64,000 nt of DNA from Flavobacteriales bacterium (GCA_044376575.1 JBILKR010000011.1:4701-68700), one strand, 5' to 3'; shown: positions 47,543 through 57,231, counted from the first letter of the stretch. The notes: generated by a model not told the origin, from the letters alone. Numbers and translations: made by a program.

Positions 47543-47998
47543 TTAAGCAACCTGTAACATCAATGAAACAATTAGAATTGTTCTGATGGTTGTACCTATT
47601 GTAATTACCCATTGCCACTGAGTCATTTTTTTTAATTCGGTATCATTACTATAGCTTGTAATTTTGTATATAGTTGGTCTGACTTTTTGGAAGTGTAGCA
47701 TGTATAATATTGAAATAATCAAAAGATTAAGACCAATGATATAAAATTGATTCTCTATTCTGCTGGTCATCTCCGGCTGCATGGCAAAACTTAATAATAG
47801 TGCAATAGCGCTAAATACCTCGAGAGACCTCAGAGGGAAAAACATTAATGTGTTTTTCATTTTAAATTCATTTATAAATTCTGTGGTATTTTCTTTTTGT
47901 ATAAAACGAAGCATAGGGAAATGTACGATTTGTATATACCAGAATATTGCAGCTAACAAAATGGTAACTATTACATGTATTAAAAATATGAGTGACAT
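47543..47998 (-). CDS. Hypothetical membrane protein (4 TM)
   Basis: Hydrophobic profile only. Confidence 0.3.
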   Translation of the reverse strand: MSLIFLIHVIVTILLAAIFWYIQIVHFPMLRFIQKENTTEFINEFKMKNTLMFFPLRSLEVFSAIALLLSFAMQPEMTSRIENQFYIIGLNLLIISILYMLHFQKVRPTIYKITSYSNDTELKKMTQWQWVITIGTTIRTILIVSLMLQVA

Positions 47999-48105
47999 AG
48001 TTTATTATTTATAGTATTAATGTAAAACGATTTATGATATCAAAAAAACTTTGGTTACAATGTAAGAAATCATTAATATTGTATCCTATTAAACCTGAAT
48101 TTATT

Positions 48106-48360
48106 ATGGGAAAAGGTGATAAAAAATCAAAAAGAGGTAAAATCTGGAATGGTTCGTATGGTGTTACTCGTCCGCGTAAAAAAACAAAACCGGCAGTTGT
48201 AATTACTGATAAGCCTGCAAAGAAAAAACCTGCGGCGCCAAAAGAAGAAAAGCCAAAAACAGAAAAAGTGAAAGTTGAAAAACCGAAGGCAGAAAAGCCT
48301 AAAGTTGAAAAACCAAAGGCCGAAAAGCCAAAGGCCGAAAAAAAAACAACTAAGAAATAG
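48106..48360 (+). CDS. 30S ribosomal protein bTHX with a lysine-rich repetitive C-terminal extension. Start trimmed to MGKGDKK.
   Basis: [26 protein letters not shown] closely matches the Thermus THX core ([24 protein letters not shown]). It is followed by (E/V)KPKA-type repeats. Confidence 0.7.
   Translation: MGKGDKKSKRGKIWNGSYGVTRPRKKTKPAVVITDKPAKKKPAAPKEEKPKTEKVKVEKPKAEKPKVEKPKAEKPKAEKKTTKK
48274..48345 (+). repeat. In-frame 30-bp tandem repeat (about 2.4 copies) encoding [10 protein letters not shown] in the bTHX tail
   Basis: gttgaaaaaccgaaggcagaaaagcctaaa is followed by gttgaaaaaccaaaggccgaaaagccaaag and then a partial copy. Confidence 0.8.
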
Positions 48361-48364
48361 TTGA

Positions 48365-48394
48365 AAAAAAGCCCCGAACTTCGGGGCTTTTTTT
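48365..48394. terminator. Bidirectional rho-independent terminator (bTHX and pdxH are convergent)
   Basis: aaaaaaagccccgaacttcggggcttttttt. The stop codon of pdxH lies inside the hairpin's 3' flank. Confidence 0.65.
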
Positions 48395-49040
48395 ATGGAG
48401 ATAACCTTGAAATTTTCCATGTATCATCTGCTTCCAATGTATATCTTAACCTGTCATGCAGTCTGTTGGGTCTGCCTTGCCAAAACTCTATTAATGTAGG
48501 CACAACACGAAATCCTCCCCAGAATGATGGTTTTTCAATAATGGGTAAATTCTTAAATCTTTCTTCTACTTCTTTAACTTTATTTTCTAACTCTTCACGA
48601 CTTGTAATAATTGAACTTTGTGGTGATGCCCAGGCTGCAATCTGATTACCTCTTGGTCTCGATTGGAAATATTCATTTGATTCAGTCAGGCTTATTTTAC
48701 TCGCCACACCTTCAATTCTTATCTGTCGTTCCATATCTACCCAAAAAAAATTCATACACACAAAAGGATTTTCTTCGATGTCTCTTGCTTTATCAGAATT
48801 GTAGTTGGTATAGAATACAAACCCCTTAGAATCAAAATCACGCAATAAAACAATTCTGCTTTCCGGTTTCATGTTTTTTCCTACCGTACATAATGTCATG
48901 GCATTGGGCTCTGTTACATTTGCATTCGCGGCTTCAATCATCCAGGTTTCAAATTGTTTGAATGGGCTCGGATCAACTTCATTTTCAAGCAATCCGCTTA
49001 ATGAATAATCTTTTCTTAATTTAGACAGAAATTCTTTCAT
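48393..49040 (-). CDS. pdxH: Pyridoxamine 5'-phosphate oxidase
   Basis: FMN-binding split-barrel motifs. C-terminal IEFWQGRPNRLHDRLRYT. 215 aa. Confidence 0.85.
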   Translation of the reverse strand: MKEFLSKLRKDYSLSGLLENEVDPSPFKQFETWMIEAANANVTEPNAMTLCTVGKNMKPESRIVLLRDFDSKGFVFYTNYNSDKARDIEENPFVCMNFFWVDMERQIRIEGVASKISLTESNEYFQSRPRGNQIAAWASPQSSIITSREELENKVKEVEERFKNLPIIEKPSFWGGFRVVPTLIEFWQGRPNRLHDRLRYTLEADDTWKISRLSP

Positions 49041-49076
49041 TGCATTGAATTTACAATGTAAAACTACAAAACATTT

Positions 49077-50990
49077 ATGTTAAATATAGGTTTGAAAAAA
49101 GAGTATATACATCATATATTATTTTTATTGATACTTATTCTTGCTTTTGTTCTGAGGGTTTGGAACATAGGAGAATTAAGTTTTTCAAATGACGAGTTGA
49201 GTGCCATCAAAAGGTTGAATGCAAATTCAGTATATGAATTATGGGAAAAGGGAGTAAAACCTGATGGTCACCCTGCATTTGTTCAAACACTTCTTTTTTA
49301 TTGGTTCAAGTTAGTACCTGTTACAGAATTTAATATGAGAATTCTGTTTGTGATTGCAGGTACATTAAGCGTAGCTATATTTTACAGAATAGCACTAAGG
49401 CAGGCAGGTATAGGCACTGCCTTATGGGGTGCAGCCACGATGGCCGGTTTGCAGTATCTTATCATGTACAGTCAGTTGGCCAGACCGTATGCATTTGGTT
49501 TATTATTCACATTAATGTGCTATGACGGTTGGAGTGCTTACTTTTTTTCAAAGAACCCACCTGACCGTAAAAATTTAATTTATTTCATACTGGCGGGAAT
49601 TGCGGCCATGTACACCCACTATTTTAGTTTTTTAATGGTCCTGATATTTTCGTTATACGGATTGTTTCTGATTCGTCGAAAAAATATTTCAGCATATTTT
49701 CTTGCAGGAATACTTATGATACTAATGTATATTCCTCATTTCAGTATTACATTAAGACAATTGAGCGAAGGTGGAGTAGGAGGACCTAATGGATGGTTAA
49801 ATCCACCACAGGTCACTTTTCTCTTCGAATATATTTGGTATGCTTTTAATTCCTCTGTATATGTTTTATTTATAGTACTTGTATTATTCATTATTACAGC
49901 TGTTTTGAATTATAGAGCTGATTCTTCAATTCTCAATAAGTTTCAATTTCAATACCTTTTATTTTGGATAATTCCCATACTTACAGGTTATCTATATTCT
50001 ATAAGCAGAAATCCTGTATTACAATTTTCAGTGGTAATTTTTTCATTTCCTTTTTTTCTGCTGTATATTTTTTCATATTCGAGTTCTTTGAAAAGAAATA
50101 TAATTCTGATTATAACTATGGTCATTTTATTATGTTCTATACTTTCAACTGTATTTGAAAAAAAATATTATCAACGAACCCATTGGGCTGAATTTAAACG
50201 TATAGCAAATACTGTTTGTGATTGTAAGGAAAAATATAAAAATGATGTATTTGTATTCATTTCTTCAAATGATAAAACTTATTTTGATTATTATTTTAAT
50301 AATTGTTCTATTAACCCAACAGATAGATTTGTTCAAGACGAAGACATACTGTCATTTCGTAAAATGATTAAAGAAATTCATCAGCCATATTTATGTTTTG
50401 CGTTTAGTAATAAGGATATTCCCTTAGAATGGTTTGAAATGATTAGAGAAAAGTATCCTTATGTATTGAGCAGATCTTATTATTTCAATTCTGAAATATG
50501 GTTGTTTAGTAAAGAGAATGCTGAAACCAGTATTAATGATATTCCTATTCATTTGTTTGATTATAGTTTTGTTCGTTCCAACTGGGAAAGTAAGATTGAT
50601 AAAACAAACGATACGATACAATTTATATGTGATGAATATATTGCCTCTTTTGAAAAACCGGTCAAAGATTTAATTTCAACAAATACTGATATCATCACAT
50701 TTGAATCAACCATTACTTCAACTCAGCAAAATGCAAATCCTCACCTTGTTTTTACACTTATAGATAAGCATGGTAAAGAATATTTCTGGAAGGGAAATTC
50801 CTGGAATACCCAGTGTGACGCTTCTACATGCAAAATGTTTATTTCAGTAAGGATGACTATGGAAAAACTGGATTTAAAAAATGATAAGATAAAACTCTAT
50901 CTATGGAATCCTACAAAAGATACGCTTGTTATTCATCAAATGAAAATTAATGTGGAGCAAGGAAATCCAATTATTTACGGTTATCCTTAA
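49077..50990 (+). CDS. GT-C fold glycosyltransferase-like membrane protein (GT39/GT83, ArnT/PMT-like) with a C-terminal soluble domain
   Basis: N-terminus LLILILAFVLRVWNIGELSFSNDE is typical of ArnT/PMT-like proteins. At least 10 TM segments, then a roughly 250-aa hydrophilic domain. Confidence 0.45.
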   Translation: MLNIGLKKEYIHHILFLLILILAFVLRVWNIGELSFSNDELSAIKRLNANSVYELWEKGVKPDGHPAFVQTLLFYWFKLVPVTEFNMRILFVIAGTLSVAIFYRIALRQAGIGTALWGAATMAGLQYLIMYSQLARPYAFGLLFTLMCYDGWSAYFFSKNPPDRKNLIYFILAGIAAMYTHYFSFLMVLIFSLYGLFLIRRKNISAYFLAGILMILMYIPHFSITLRQLSEGGVGGPNGWLNPPQVTFLFEYIWYAFNSSVYVLFIVLVLFIITAVLNYRADSSILNKFQFQYLLFWIIPILTGYLYSISRNPVLQFSVVIFSFPFFLLYIFSYSSSLKRNIILIITMVILLCSILSTVFEKKYYQRTHWAEFKRIANTVCDCKEKYKNDVFVFISSNDKTYFDYYFNNCSINPTDRFVQDEDILSFRKMIKEIHQPYLCFAFSNKDIPLEWFEMIREKYPYVLSRSYYFNSEIWLFSKENAETSINDIPIHLFDYSFVRSNWESKIDKTNDTIQFICDEYIASFEKPVKDLISTNTDIITFESTITSTQQNANPHLVFTLIDKHGKEYFWKGNSWNTQCDASTCKMFISVRMTMEKLDLKNDKIKLYLWNPTKDTLVIHQMKINVEQGNPIIYGYP

Positions 50991-51009
50991 CGAACAATAA
51001 TTACTATAT

Positions 51010-53313
51010 TTGAAGGCTATGTTTTTGATAAAAAAAATTGGTTGTCTATTCTTGTTTGTTGCTGTTCATCTAACATGTTTTTCTCAGTCAATACCTGTTG
51101 GAACATGGAGAACTCACATGCCTTTTAACCGAGCTGTAAGTATTACAGATGATGGTAATAAAATATATTGCGGTACCCTTCATAGTTTATATTCTTTTGA
51201 TTTATCATCAGGTGAATTTGAAAAATATACCAAAACAGAAGGCTTTTCAGGTGTGGGTATCAGCAAGGTGAATTATCATCTACCTACCCAAACCTTAGTG
51301 ATTGTTTATGATGATGCCAATATCGATTTGTTGCAACAGGATGATGTATTTAATTTATCACAAATTAAAACAGCATCCATTCAGGGCAGTAAGCAAGTGA
51401 ATTCAATTACATTCAGAGGAGACTCTGCAATTCTTTCCTGTGACTTTGGCGTGGTTATTTTAGATGTTAGAAATAAAGTTTTTAAAACTGATGTCCGATT
51501 CAGTGATGATGTTTCATTCGCCAACCATGAATGTCTGGATGCAGCATTTCTAAATGGCTTTTTTTATTTTGCCACATCAAAAGGATTATATAAAGTTGAT
51601 GCTACATTAAATCTTAAAAATTTAAATAACTGGAATATCGTTTCATCTTTGCCAGCCGGACCAATAAACGCAGTTGAATCGTTTGCCGGAAAGATTTACG
51701 CCAATTATTCAGGTTATACATTGAATGGAAATATTAATGCAGATACCTTGTTCACTATTCAACAGTCCACTATTCAGCGATATGATATTTCAAATAATAA
51801 AGTAAGATTCGACTTGCATGCAGAAGGTGATCGACTGTGTATTTTATTTAATGATGAATTAAAGGTATTAAATACAGATGAAAGCATTCATTTTCAAAAG
51901 ACCGGTTGCTTTTTGGATGGAATGCAGGTTACAGCTGATCAATCGAACAATTACTGGGTTGCAGATAACAAATACGGAGCATACAAAATTAACGCGAACG
52001 ACTGTCAGATATTTACACTCGATGGTCCTTTTAGTCCTTACGTTTATGATATAGAAATTAAAGACAATATCATTTGGTGTGCCGCCGGAGGTTTGACCAC
52101 CGGATTGCAAAACGCTTTTCGTGCAGATGGAATTTTTTATAATCGCAATAACGACTGGAAAAAGCAGGCCATACCTGATTTTGGATATCCATTGCCCATT
52201 GCTGATATGATTGATGTTGCCATTGATCCGAATGATCCAACACATGTTTATGCCGCATCCTGGGGAATGGGACTGGTAGAGGTGAAGAATTATACCGCCG
52301 TTTCACAATTGTTTACTGATCCTTTAGATATATCTACGGCACCCGGATATGAATATAAAATCGGCGGACTGGCATTTGATCAGGATGGAAACTTATGGTT
52401 GTCGAACTCGCATACAAGCGCTCCGCTTAAGGTTAAAAAAACAGGTAATTTATGGAGTGAATACAATCTTGGTGCTTTTGCTCCCGCGTCGAGCATGTCC
52501 TTTAAAATAGCCATTGACGATAGGAATAATACCTGGATGTCAGTAATTGGAAAAGGAATAGTTGTACGTAATAACAAAACCGGTCAATTTCGTTTGCTAA
52601 GTAATGTGTTTAATGAAGGCGATTTACCAAGCACAACAGTACGTGCGTTGTGCAGTGATCTGAATGGAGAAATGTGGGTAGGAACTGACGATGGTATTCG
52701 TGTTTTTTCTCCCTCTCAGGTTTTTTCAAGTGCAAATATTAACGGTCAAAAAATTGTAATTAAAGCAGCAGATGGCAATAATGAATTATTGCTGGGAGAA
52801 ACCATTATTAATGACATCGAGGCAGACGGCGCAAACAGAAAGTGGATTGCAACCGAGGGAACAGGAGTGAGGCTTGTTTCTGAAGATGGAAGAGATATTA
52901 TTTATTCATTTACAGCTGAAAATAGTCCGCTATTGTCCAATAATGTAAAGTGTATTGGTATTAATCATAAAACAGGTGAAGTTTATTTTGGTACTGATTT
53001 AGGATTGGTTTCTTTCAGGGCTGAAGCGACTGAAGCAGGAAATAATTTTGGAACGGTATATGCCTTTCCCAATCCTGTTCATCCCAATTATCAGGGAGTA
53101 ATTACCATTACAGGTATGGCAAAAGATGCAACGGTGAAAATAACAGATGTGAGTGGCAACCTGGTGTATGAAACTGAATCTCTTGGTGGACAGGCGGTTT
53201 GGGACGGGAAACGTTACGATGGTCAGCGTGCGCAGACTGGAGTATATCTGGTTTTTTGTGCCAATAAGGATGCCTCCGAAACCATTGTCACAAAGATTTT
53301 ATTTATACAGTAA
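51010..53313 (+). CDS. Secreted two-component-regulator-propeller (Reg_prop) repeat protein with a T9SS C-terminal sorting domain (PorZ-like)
   Basis: Signal peptide. Repeated beta-propeller blades (WVGTDDGIRVF, YFGTDLGLVSF, WIATEGTGVRLV). The C-terminal VYAFPNPVHPNYQGVITITGMAKDATVKITDVSGNLVYE...GVYLVF matches a T9SS C-terminal domain. Confidence 0.5.
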   Translation: MKAMFLIKKIGCLFLFVAVHLTCFSQSIPVGTWRTHMPFNRAVSITDDGNKIYCGTLHSLYSFDLSSGEFEKYTKTEGFSGVGISKVNYHLPTQTLVIVYDDANIDLLQQDDVFNLSQIKTASIQGSKQVNSITFRGDSAILSCDFGVVILDVRNKVFKTDVRFSDDVSFANHECLDAAFLNGFFYFATSKGLYKVDATLNLKNLNNWNIVSSLPAGPINAVESFAGKIYANYSGYTLNGNINADTLFTIQQSTIQRYDISNNKVRFDLHAEGDRLCILFNDELKVLNTDESIHFQKTGCFLDGMQVTADQSNNYWVADNKYGAYKINANDCQIFTLDGPFSPYVYDIEIKDNIIWCAAGGLTTGLQNAFRADGIFYNRNNDWKKQAIPDFGYPLPIADMIDVAIDPNDPTHVYAASWGMGLVEVKNYTAVSQLFTDPLDISTAPGYEYKIGGLAFDQDGNLWLSNSHTSAPLKVKKTGNLWSEYNLGAFAPASSMSFKIAIDDRNNTWMSVIGKGIVVRNNKTGQFRLLSNVFNEGDLPSTTVRALCSDLNGEMWVGTDDGIRVFSPSQVFSSANINGQKIVIKAADGNNELLLGETIINDIEADGANRKWIATEGTGVRLVSEDGRDIIYSFTAENSPLLSNNVKCIGINHKTGEVYFGTDLGLVSFRAEATEAGNNFGTVYAFPNPVHPNYQGVITITGMAKDATVKITDVSGNLVYETESLGGQAVWDGKRYDGQRAQTGVYLVFCANKDASETIVTKILFIQ

Positions 53314-53315
53314 TC

Positions 53316-54032
53316 ATGCTTGTAAAAACGAAAGGCATCGTTTTACATTCACTCAAGTATAGTGATAGCAGTAGTATTGTAAAGATTTACACACGTGAGC
53401 TGGGATTACAATCCTACATGATTAAAGGCATGTACAGTAAGAAATCAAAAACACAACATGCTTTTTTTCAGCCGCTCTCACTGTTGGAGCTTGAAGTATC
53501 ATCACATGCCGGTAAAAATTTGCAAAGTGTTCGTGAATGTTCATTTGCGTTTCAATATCAATCGATACCTTTTCAGGTCATCAAAACATCGATGGCCATG
53601 TTTATCAATGAAATTATTTATAAGTGCGTTCAGGATAATGAACCACAGCCCATACAATTTGATTTCATCATGGAGAAATTAATTTCTCTTGATCAACAGA
53701 CAATACCTGACCCTGATTTTCATTTGAAATTTTTATTGGATTGGGCAAAAGAGTTGGGATTTATGCCACAGGATAATTACACCGAATTTCATCCTTATTT
53801 TTCGTTGAGGGATGGGATGTTTGTTTCTTTATCTGAAGCCAATGATCCCCATTTTTATTTAAGTCAGGAAGAAAGCAAGTTAATGTTTCAACTGATGCAG
53901 CACAAAGCTTATAAATTTTCAAATGATCAGCGCAAACAGTTACTCGAAGTTTTTATTCGTTACTATCAGATTCACGTGCCCGGCTTTACAACTGTTTATT
54001 CAGGTAGTGTATGGAGCGAAGTGTTTAGTTAA
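53316..54032 (+). CDS. recO: DNA repair protein RecO
   Basis: N-terminal OB fold (KGIVLHSLKYSDSS.IVKIYTRELG...) and overall length. Confidence 0.8.
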   Translation: MLVKTKGIVLHSLKYSDSSSIVKIYTRELGLQSYMIKGMYSKKSKTQHAFFQPLSLLELEVSSHAGKNLQSVRECSFAFQYQSIPFQVIKTSMAMFINEIIYKCVQDNEPQPIQFDFIMEKLISLDQQTIPDPDFHLKFLLDWAKELGFMPQDNYTEFHPYFSLRDGMFVSLSEANDPHFYLSQEESKLMFQLMQHKAYKFSNDQRKQLLEVFIRYYQIHVPGFTTVYSGSVWSEVFS

Positions 54033-54035
54033 CGG

Positions 54036-54911
54036 TTAAAATCTGTTTAATATATTTTTGATGGATTGCATATATGATCCTACAAATAAATTGGCATGTA
54101 CCAGCAGAGGATATAAATTACAAATGGGAATGCGTTGTTTCCAGTTTTTTTCTAATGGAAATTCTTCATTATACGCATCATAAAATTCAGCATCAAATCC
54201 TCCGAATAAATTTGACATGGCCAGATCCATTTCACGGTGACCATAATACGAAGCAGGGTCGTACATCACAGGATCTCCATTCATATCTGCCATACAGTTT
54301 CCACCCCACAAGTCGCCATGCAGTAACGCCGGTTTTTCTTCAGGGAATATTTCATTTAATTTACCGTATAGTGATTCAAATTTTTGTACCAGTGTATGAT
54401 CAGCTTTGTTTGTATCTAAAGCTCTTTTTAGCATGGGTTCTAAGCGACACTGGATAAAGAAATCTATCCACAGGTCATATTTTGTATTTAATTGAGGCAG
54501 AATGCCGATATAGTTGTTATAATCAAGCCCAAATTGTGGTGCTGAATTTTTATGCAATCGTGCAAGTCCTGTACCAAAATCTCTCCAGAAGTCGAAGTGA
54601 GGAGTTCCTTCTTCAATGTATTCAAGTAAAAGTACAGGCATGTTTTCAATGGTAAATGCGCCGATTACTTCGGGTGTTTTAACAGCCCTTGCCTGTGCTA
54701 ATAGCCCAAGATTTGATACTTCTTTTTCAAATAATTGCGGATCGCCGTCTTTATTGTATTTTACAAAATAGTGTCCGTGATTTGTTTTTACTATTGATGA
54801 GGTATTGATTAATCCTTCGCCAACAGAAGAAAATTCTTCGATGATAATCGAGGGGTTGATTAGTTTCCCCATTTGTTGTTGAAGTGCTGTTCTGAAGATA
54901 CTTTCTTGCAT
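54036..54911 (-). CDS. Fructosamine kinase family protein (aminoglycoside phosphotransferase-like fold)
   Basis: Catalytic motif LLHGDLWGGN. DPASYYGHREMDLAM. Confidence 0.75.
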   Translation of the reverse strand: MQESIFRTALQQQMGKLINPSIIIEEFSSVGEGLINTSSIVKTNHGHYFVKYNKDGDPQLFEKEVSNLGLLAQARAVKTPEVIGAFTIENMPVLLLEYIEEGTPHFDFWRDFGTGLARLHKNSAPQFGLDYNNYIGILPQLNTKYDLWIDFFIQCRLEPMLKRALDTNKADHTLVQKFESLYGKLNEIFPEEKPALLHGDLWGGNCMADMNGDPVMYDPASYYGHREMDLAMSNLFGGFDAEFYDAYNEEFPLEKNWKQRIPICNLYPLLVHANLFVGSYMQSIKNILNRF

Positions 54912-54984
54912 TGATTTGATAAATAAGTCGGTAAAATTGAAAAAAATATTTAATTTTACTGAGTTCTTAACGAATATATTTTCT

Positions 54985-55058
<74 letters not shown>

Positions 55059-55062
55059 CCCA

Positions 55063-55102
55063 GTTGGACAACTCAAGTTTCGGCAAGAGTTGTCCAATTT
55101 TA
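55063..55102 (+). terminator. Rho-independent terminator after tRNA-Ala
   Basis: ttggacaactc-aagtttcggcaa-gagttgtccaa followed by tttt. Confidence 0.6.
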
Positions 55103-55288
55103 TTGTCTTGCTCATCAATTTGTTTTATCAGATTTTAAAGTTACCTTTGTATCATCCTTTTGAGGATTGTATCACAAACACTGAATGCTGTACTCGGCAA
55201 CCATTCAATTTTAATTTACAATTTTTGGGGTTAAATTGGTTTTGTTACACTCAAATAACAATCCCGAACTAAAAATTAGATTTTTTTA

Positions 55289-56410
55289 ATGACTTTTAAT
55301 GATTTACAATTATCAGCGCCGCTTCAACAGGCACTGAATGCTATAGGCTACAAGATTCCAACTCCTATTCAAGAACAAGCAATTTCTCAGATATTAAATG
55401 GTAAAGATATTTTTGGATGTGCCCAAACAGGAACCGGAAAAACAGGTGCATTTGCATTACCAATATTACATCACTTACATCATCAACCATCAATTGCTTT
55501 TCCAAGAGCACTAATACTTGCACCAACCCGCGAACTTGCAACACAAATTAGTGAAAATGTGAAGCTGTACAGCAAATACTTGAACATTACACATGCGACT
55601 ATTTTTGGTGGTGTTTCTCAACGAAATCAAGAAAGAGAATTACAGCAAGGTGTAGATATGATTGTTGCAACTCCTGGAAGATTAATGGATTTAATGAATC
55701 AAGGAATTGTCCGATTGAATCATATTAAATATTTTGTTTTAGATGAGGCCGATCGAATGCTTGATATGGGATTTATTAATGATATTAAAAAAATAATTGC
55801 CAAGATCCCTGTTGAAAGGCAAACACTTTTCTTTTCTGCTACTGCTTCTCCTGAAATTATGAAGCTGGCTAATTCTTTACTTAAAAATCCGGTGCATATT
55901 TCTGTAACACCGGTATCATCAACAACACCTTTAGTAGAGCAAAGTTTGTATTTTGTTTCAAAGGAAAATAAGAGGTCTTTACTAAAACATGTATTAAGTT
56001 CTGGAAAGGTAGAACATGCATTAGTTTTTACACGCACTAAAAGAGGAGCAGACCGTGTTGCAAAAGACTTAAATAAATTTGGTATAACATCAGAATCTAT
56101 ACATGGAGATAAGTCACAAGGTGCTCGAGAACGTGCATTACAAGGTTTTAAACATCGAAAAATCCGAGTTTTAGTGGCTACTGATCTTGCTTCTAGGGGG
56201 ATTGATGTAGATAAACTTTCGCATGTGATCAATTATGAAATTCCGGAACAGGCTGAAACTTATGTTCACCGCATAGGTCGTACAGGAAGAGCCGGTTCAA
56301 CGGGTGTTGCGCTTTCGTTTTGTGCTAAAGATGAGTTACCTTATATGAAGGATATAAGTAAACTCATTAAACAGAATATTAACGTAGTATCCACTCATCC
56401 ATTTGCATAA
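55289..56410 (+). CDS. DEAD-box ATP-dependent RNA helicase
   Basis: Q-motif, AQTGTGKT (motif I), PTRELA, DEAD (VLDEADRM), SAT, and HRIGRTGRAG (motif VI). Confidence 0.9.
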   Translation: MTFNDLQLSAPLQQALNAIGYKIPTPIQEQAISQILNGKDIFGCAQTGTGKTGAFALPILHHLHHQPSIAFPRALILAPTRELATQISENVKLYSKYLNITHATIFGGVSQRNQERELQQGVDMIVATPGRLMDLMNQGIVRLNHIKYFVLDEADRMLDMGFINDIKKIIAKIPVERQTLFFSATASPEIMKLANSLLKNPVHISVTPVSSTTPLVEQSLYFVSKENKRSLLKHVLSSGKVEHALVFTRTKRGADRVAKDLNKFGITSESIHGDKSQGARERALQGFKHRKIRVLVATDLASRGIDVDKLSHVINYEIPEQAETYVHRIGRTGRAGSTGVALSFCAKDELPYMKDISKLIKQNINVVSTHPFA

Positions 56411-56457
56411 TCAATTTATATAAACCCGTCTGCGATAGCAGACACAAAACAAACAAA

Positions 56458-56646
56458 ATGAAAAAAGGAACAGTAAAGTTTTTTAATGAAACAAAAGGAT
56501 TTGGTTTTATTAAAGCTGAAGATGGTGAAGAAATTTTTGTTCACGTAAGTGGATTGAAAAATGAGATTCAAGAAAACGACGAAGTAACTTTCGATGTTGA
56601 AAGAGGAAAAAAAGGTTTAAATGCGGTGAATGTATCTTTGGCATAA
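56458..56646 (+). CDS. Cold-shock protein (CspA family)
   Basis: MKKGTVKFFNETKGFGFI...EIFVHVSGL: RNP1/RNP2 motifs of the cold-shock domain. 62 aa. Confidence 0.9.
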   Translation: MKKGTVKFFNETKGFGFIKAEDGEEIFVHVSGLKNEIQENDEVTFDVERGKKGLNAVNVSLA

Positions 56647-56777
56647 ACACATGAGTTACTCAATCATTGAATGCGTAATTTTTCTTAGATAGATTTTGAA
56701 TCAATGAGTAATCAAAAATTTTTAGCATAATAGCATAAGTTCTGTATAAGTTTATGCTTATAAATCTATATCTCTTT

Positions 56778-56806
56778 AGGCAACTTTTCAAGTTGCCTTT
56801 TTTTAT
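56778..56806 (+). terminator. Rho-independent terminator downstream of csp
   Basis: aggcaacttttcaagttgcct followed by ttttttt. Confidence 0.55.
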
Positions 56807-57010
56807 TTTATTAATTAAATGGGGATACAGTTATTAAAATTCAAAGGATTAGTCATTGTTAAATTTGATCGTAAATTCATTTGAGTATAATTTTTTTCTA
56901 TGCAAGTATCCATGCATCTTGACTAAATCTTATGATTTAAATATACCCAGATGAAAAATCATTTTTTTACCGAGGTAGGTTGTTATTTTACACTTATAAA
57001 TATGGCAAAT

Positions 57011-57040
57011 AAAAAAGCCTCTCAATTTTTGAGAGGCTTT
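57011..57040 (-). terminator. Rho-independent terminator immediately 3' of tRNA-Asp
   Basis: gcctctcaatttttgagaggc flanked by an A-run (a T-run on the minus strand). Confidence 0.55.
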
Positions 57041-57042
57041 TG

Positions 57043-57116
57043 CGGTCCGGACGGGACTCGAACCCGCGACCCCGTGCGTGACAGGCACGTATTCTAACCA
57101 GCTGAACTACCGAACC
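57043..57116 (-). tRNA. tRNA-Asp (anticodon GTC); CCA not encoded
   Basis: Reverse complement is ggttcggtagttcagctggttagaatacgtgcctGTCacgcacggggtcgcgggttcgagtcccgtccggaccg. Perfect anticodon stem with loop ctGTCac. Confidence 0.8.
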
Positions 57117-57124
57117 TTTATTCA

Positions 57125-57163
57125 GGGATGCAAATATACTTTTTTTTCTAAGGAAATAGCAAA
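57125..57163 (-). promoter_or_regulatory. Promoter of tRNA-Asp (-33 TTTG, 21-nt spacer, -7 TATATTTG followed by CATCCC)
   Basis: Plus-strand gggatgcaaatata at 57125-57138; CAAA at 57160-57163. The tRNA 5' end at 57116 is 8 nt from the motif. Confidence 0.5.
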
Positions 57164-57206
57164 TATTTTTTTAATTTTTAATTAGGATATATTTTAAATG
57201 ATAAAA

Positions 57207-57231
57207 GCCATGGTTTACATGGCTTTTATCT
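57207..57231 (-). terminator. Terminator downstream of the acyl-CoA dehydrogenase gene
   Basis: aaaagccatggtttacatggctttt. Confidence 0.5.

Noticed and set aside
56807-57010. A structured ncRNA (6S, tmRNA or riboswitch) in the long gap after csp.
   Set aside because: I could not recognise a convincing conserved secondary structure or known motif by eye. I kept it only as a low-confidence lead in the findings.
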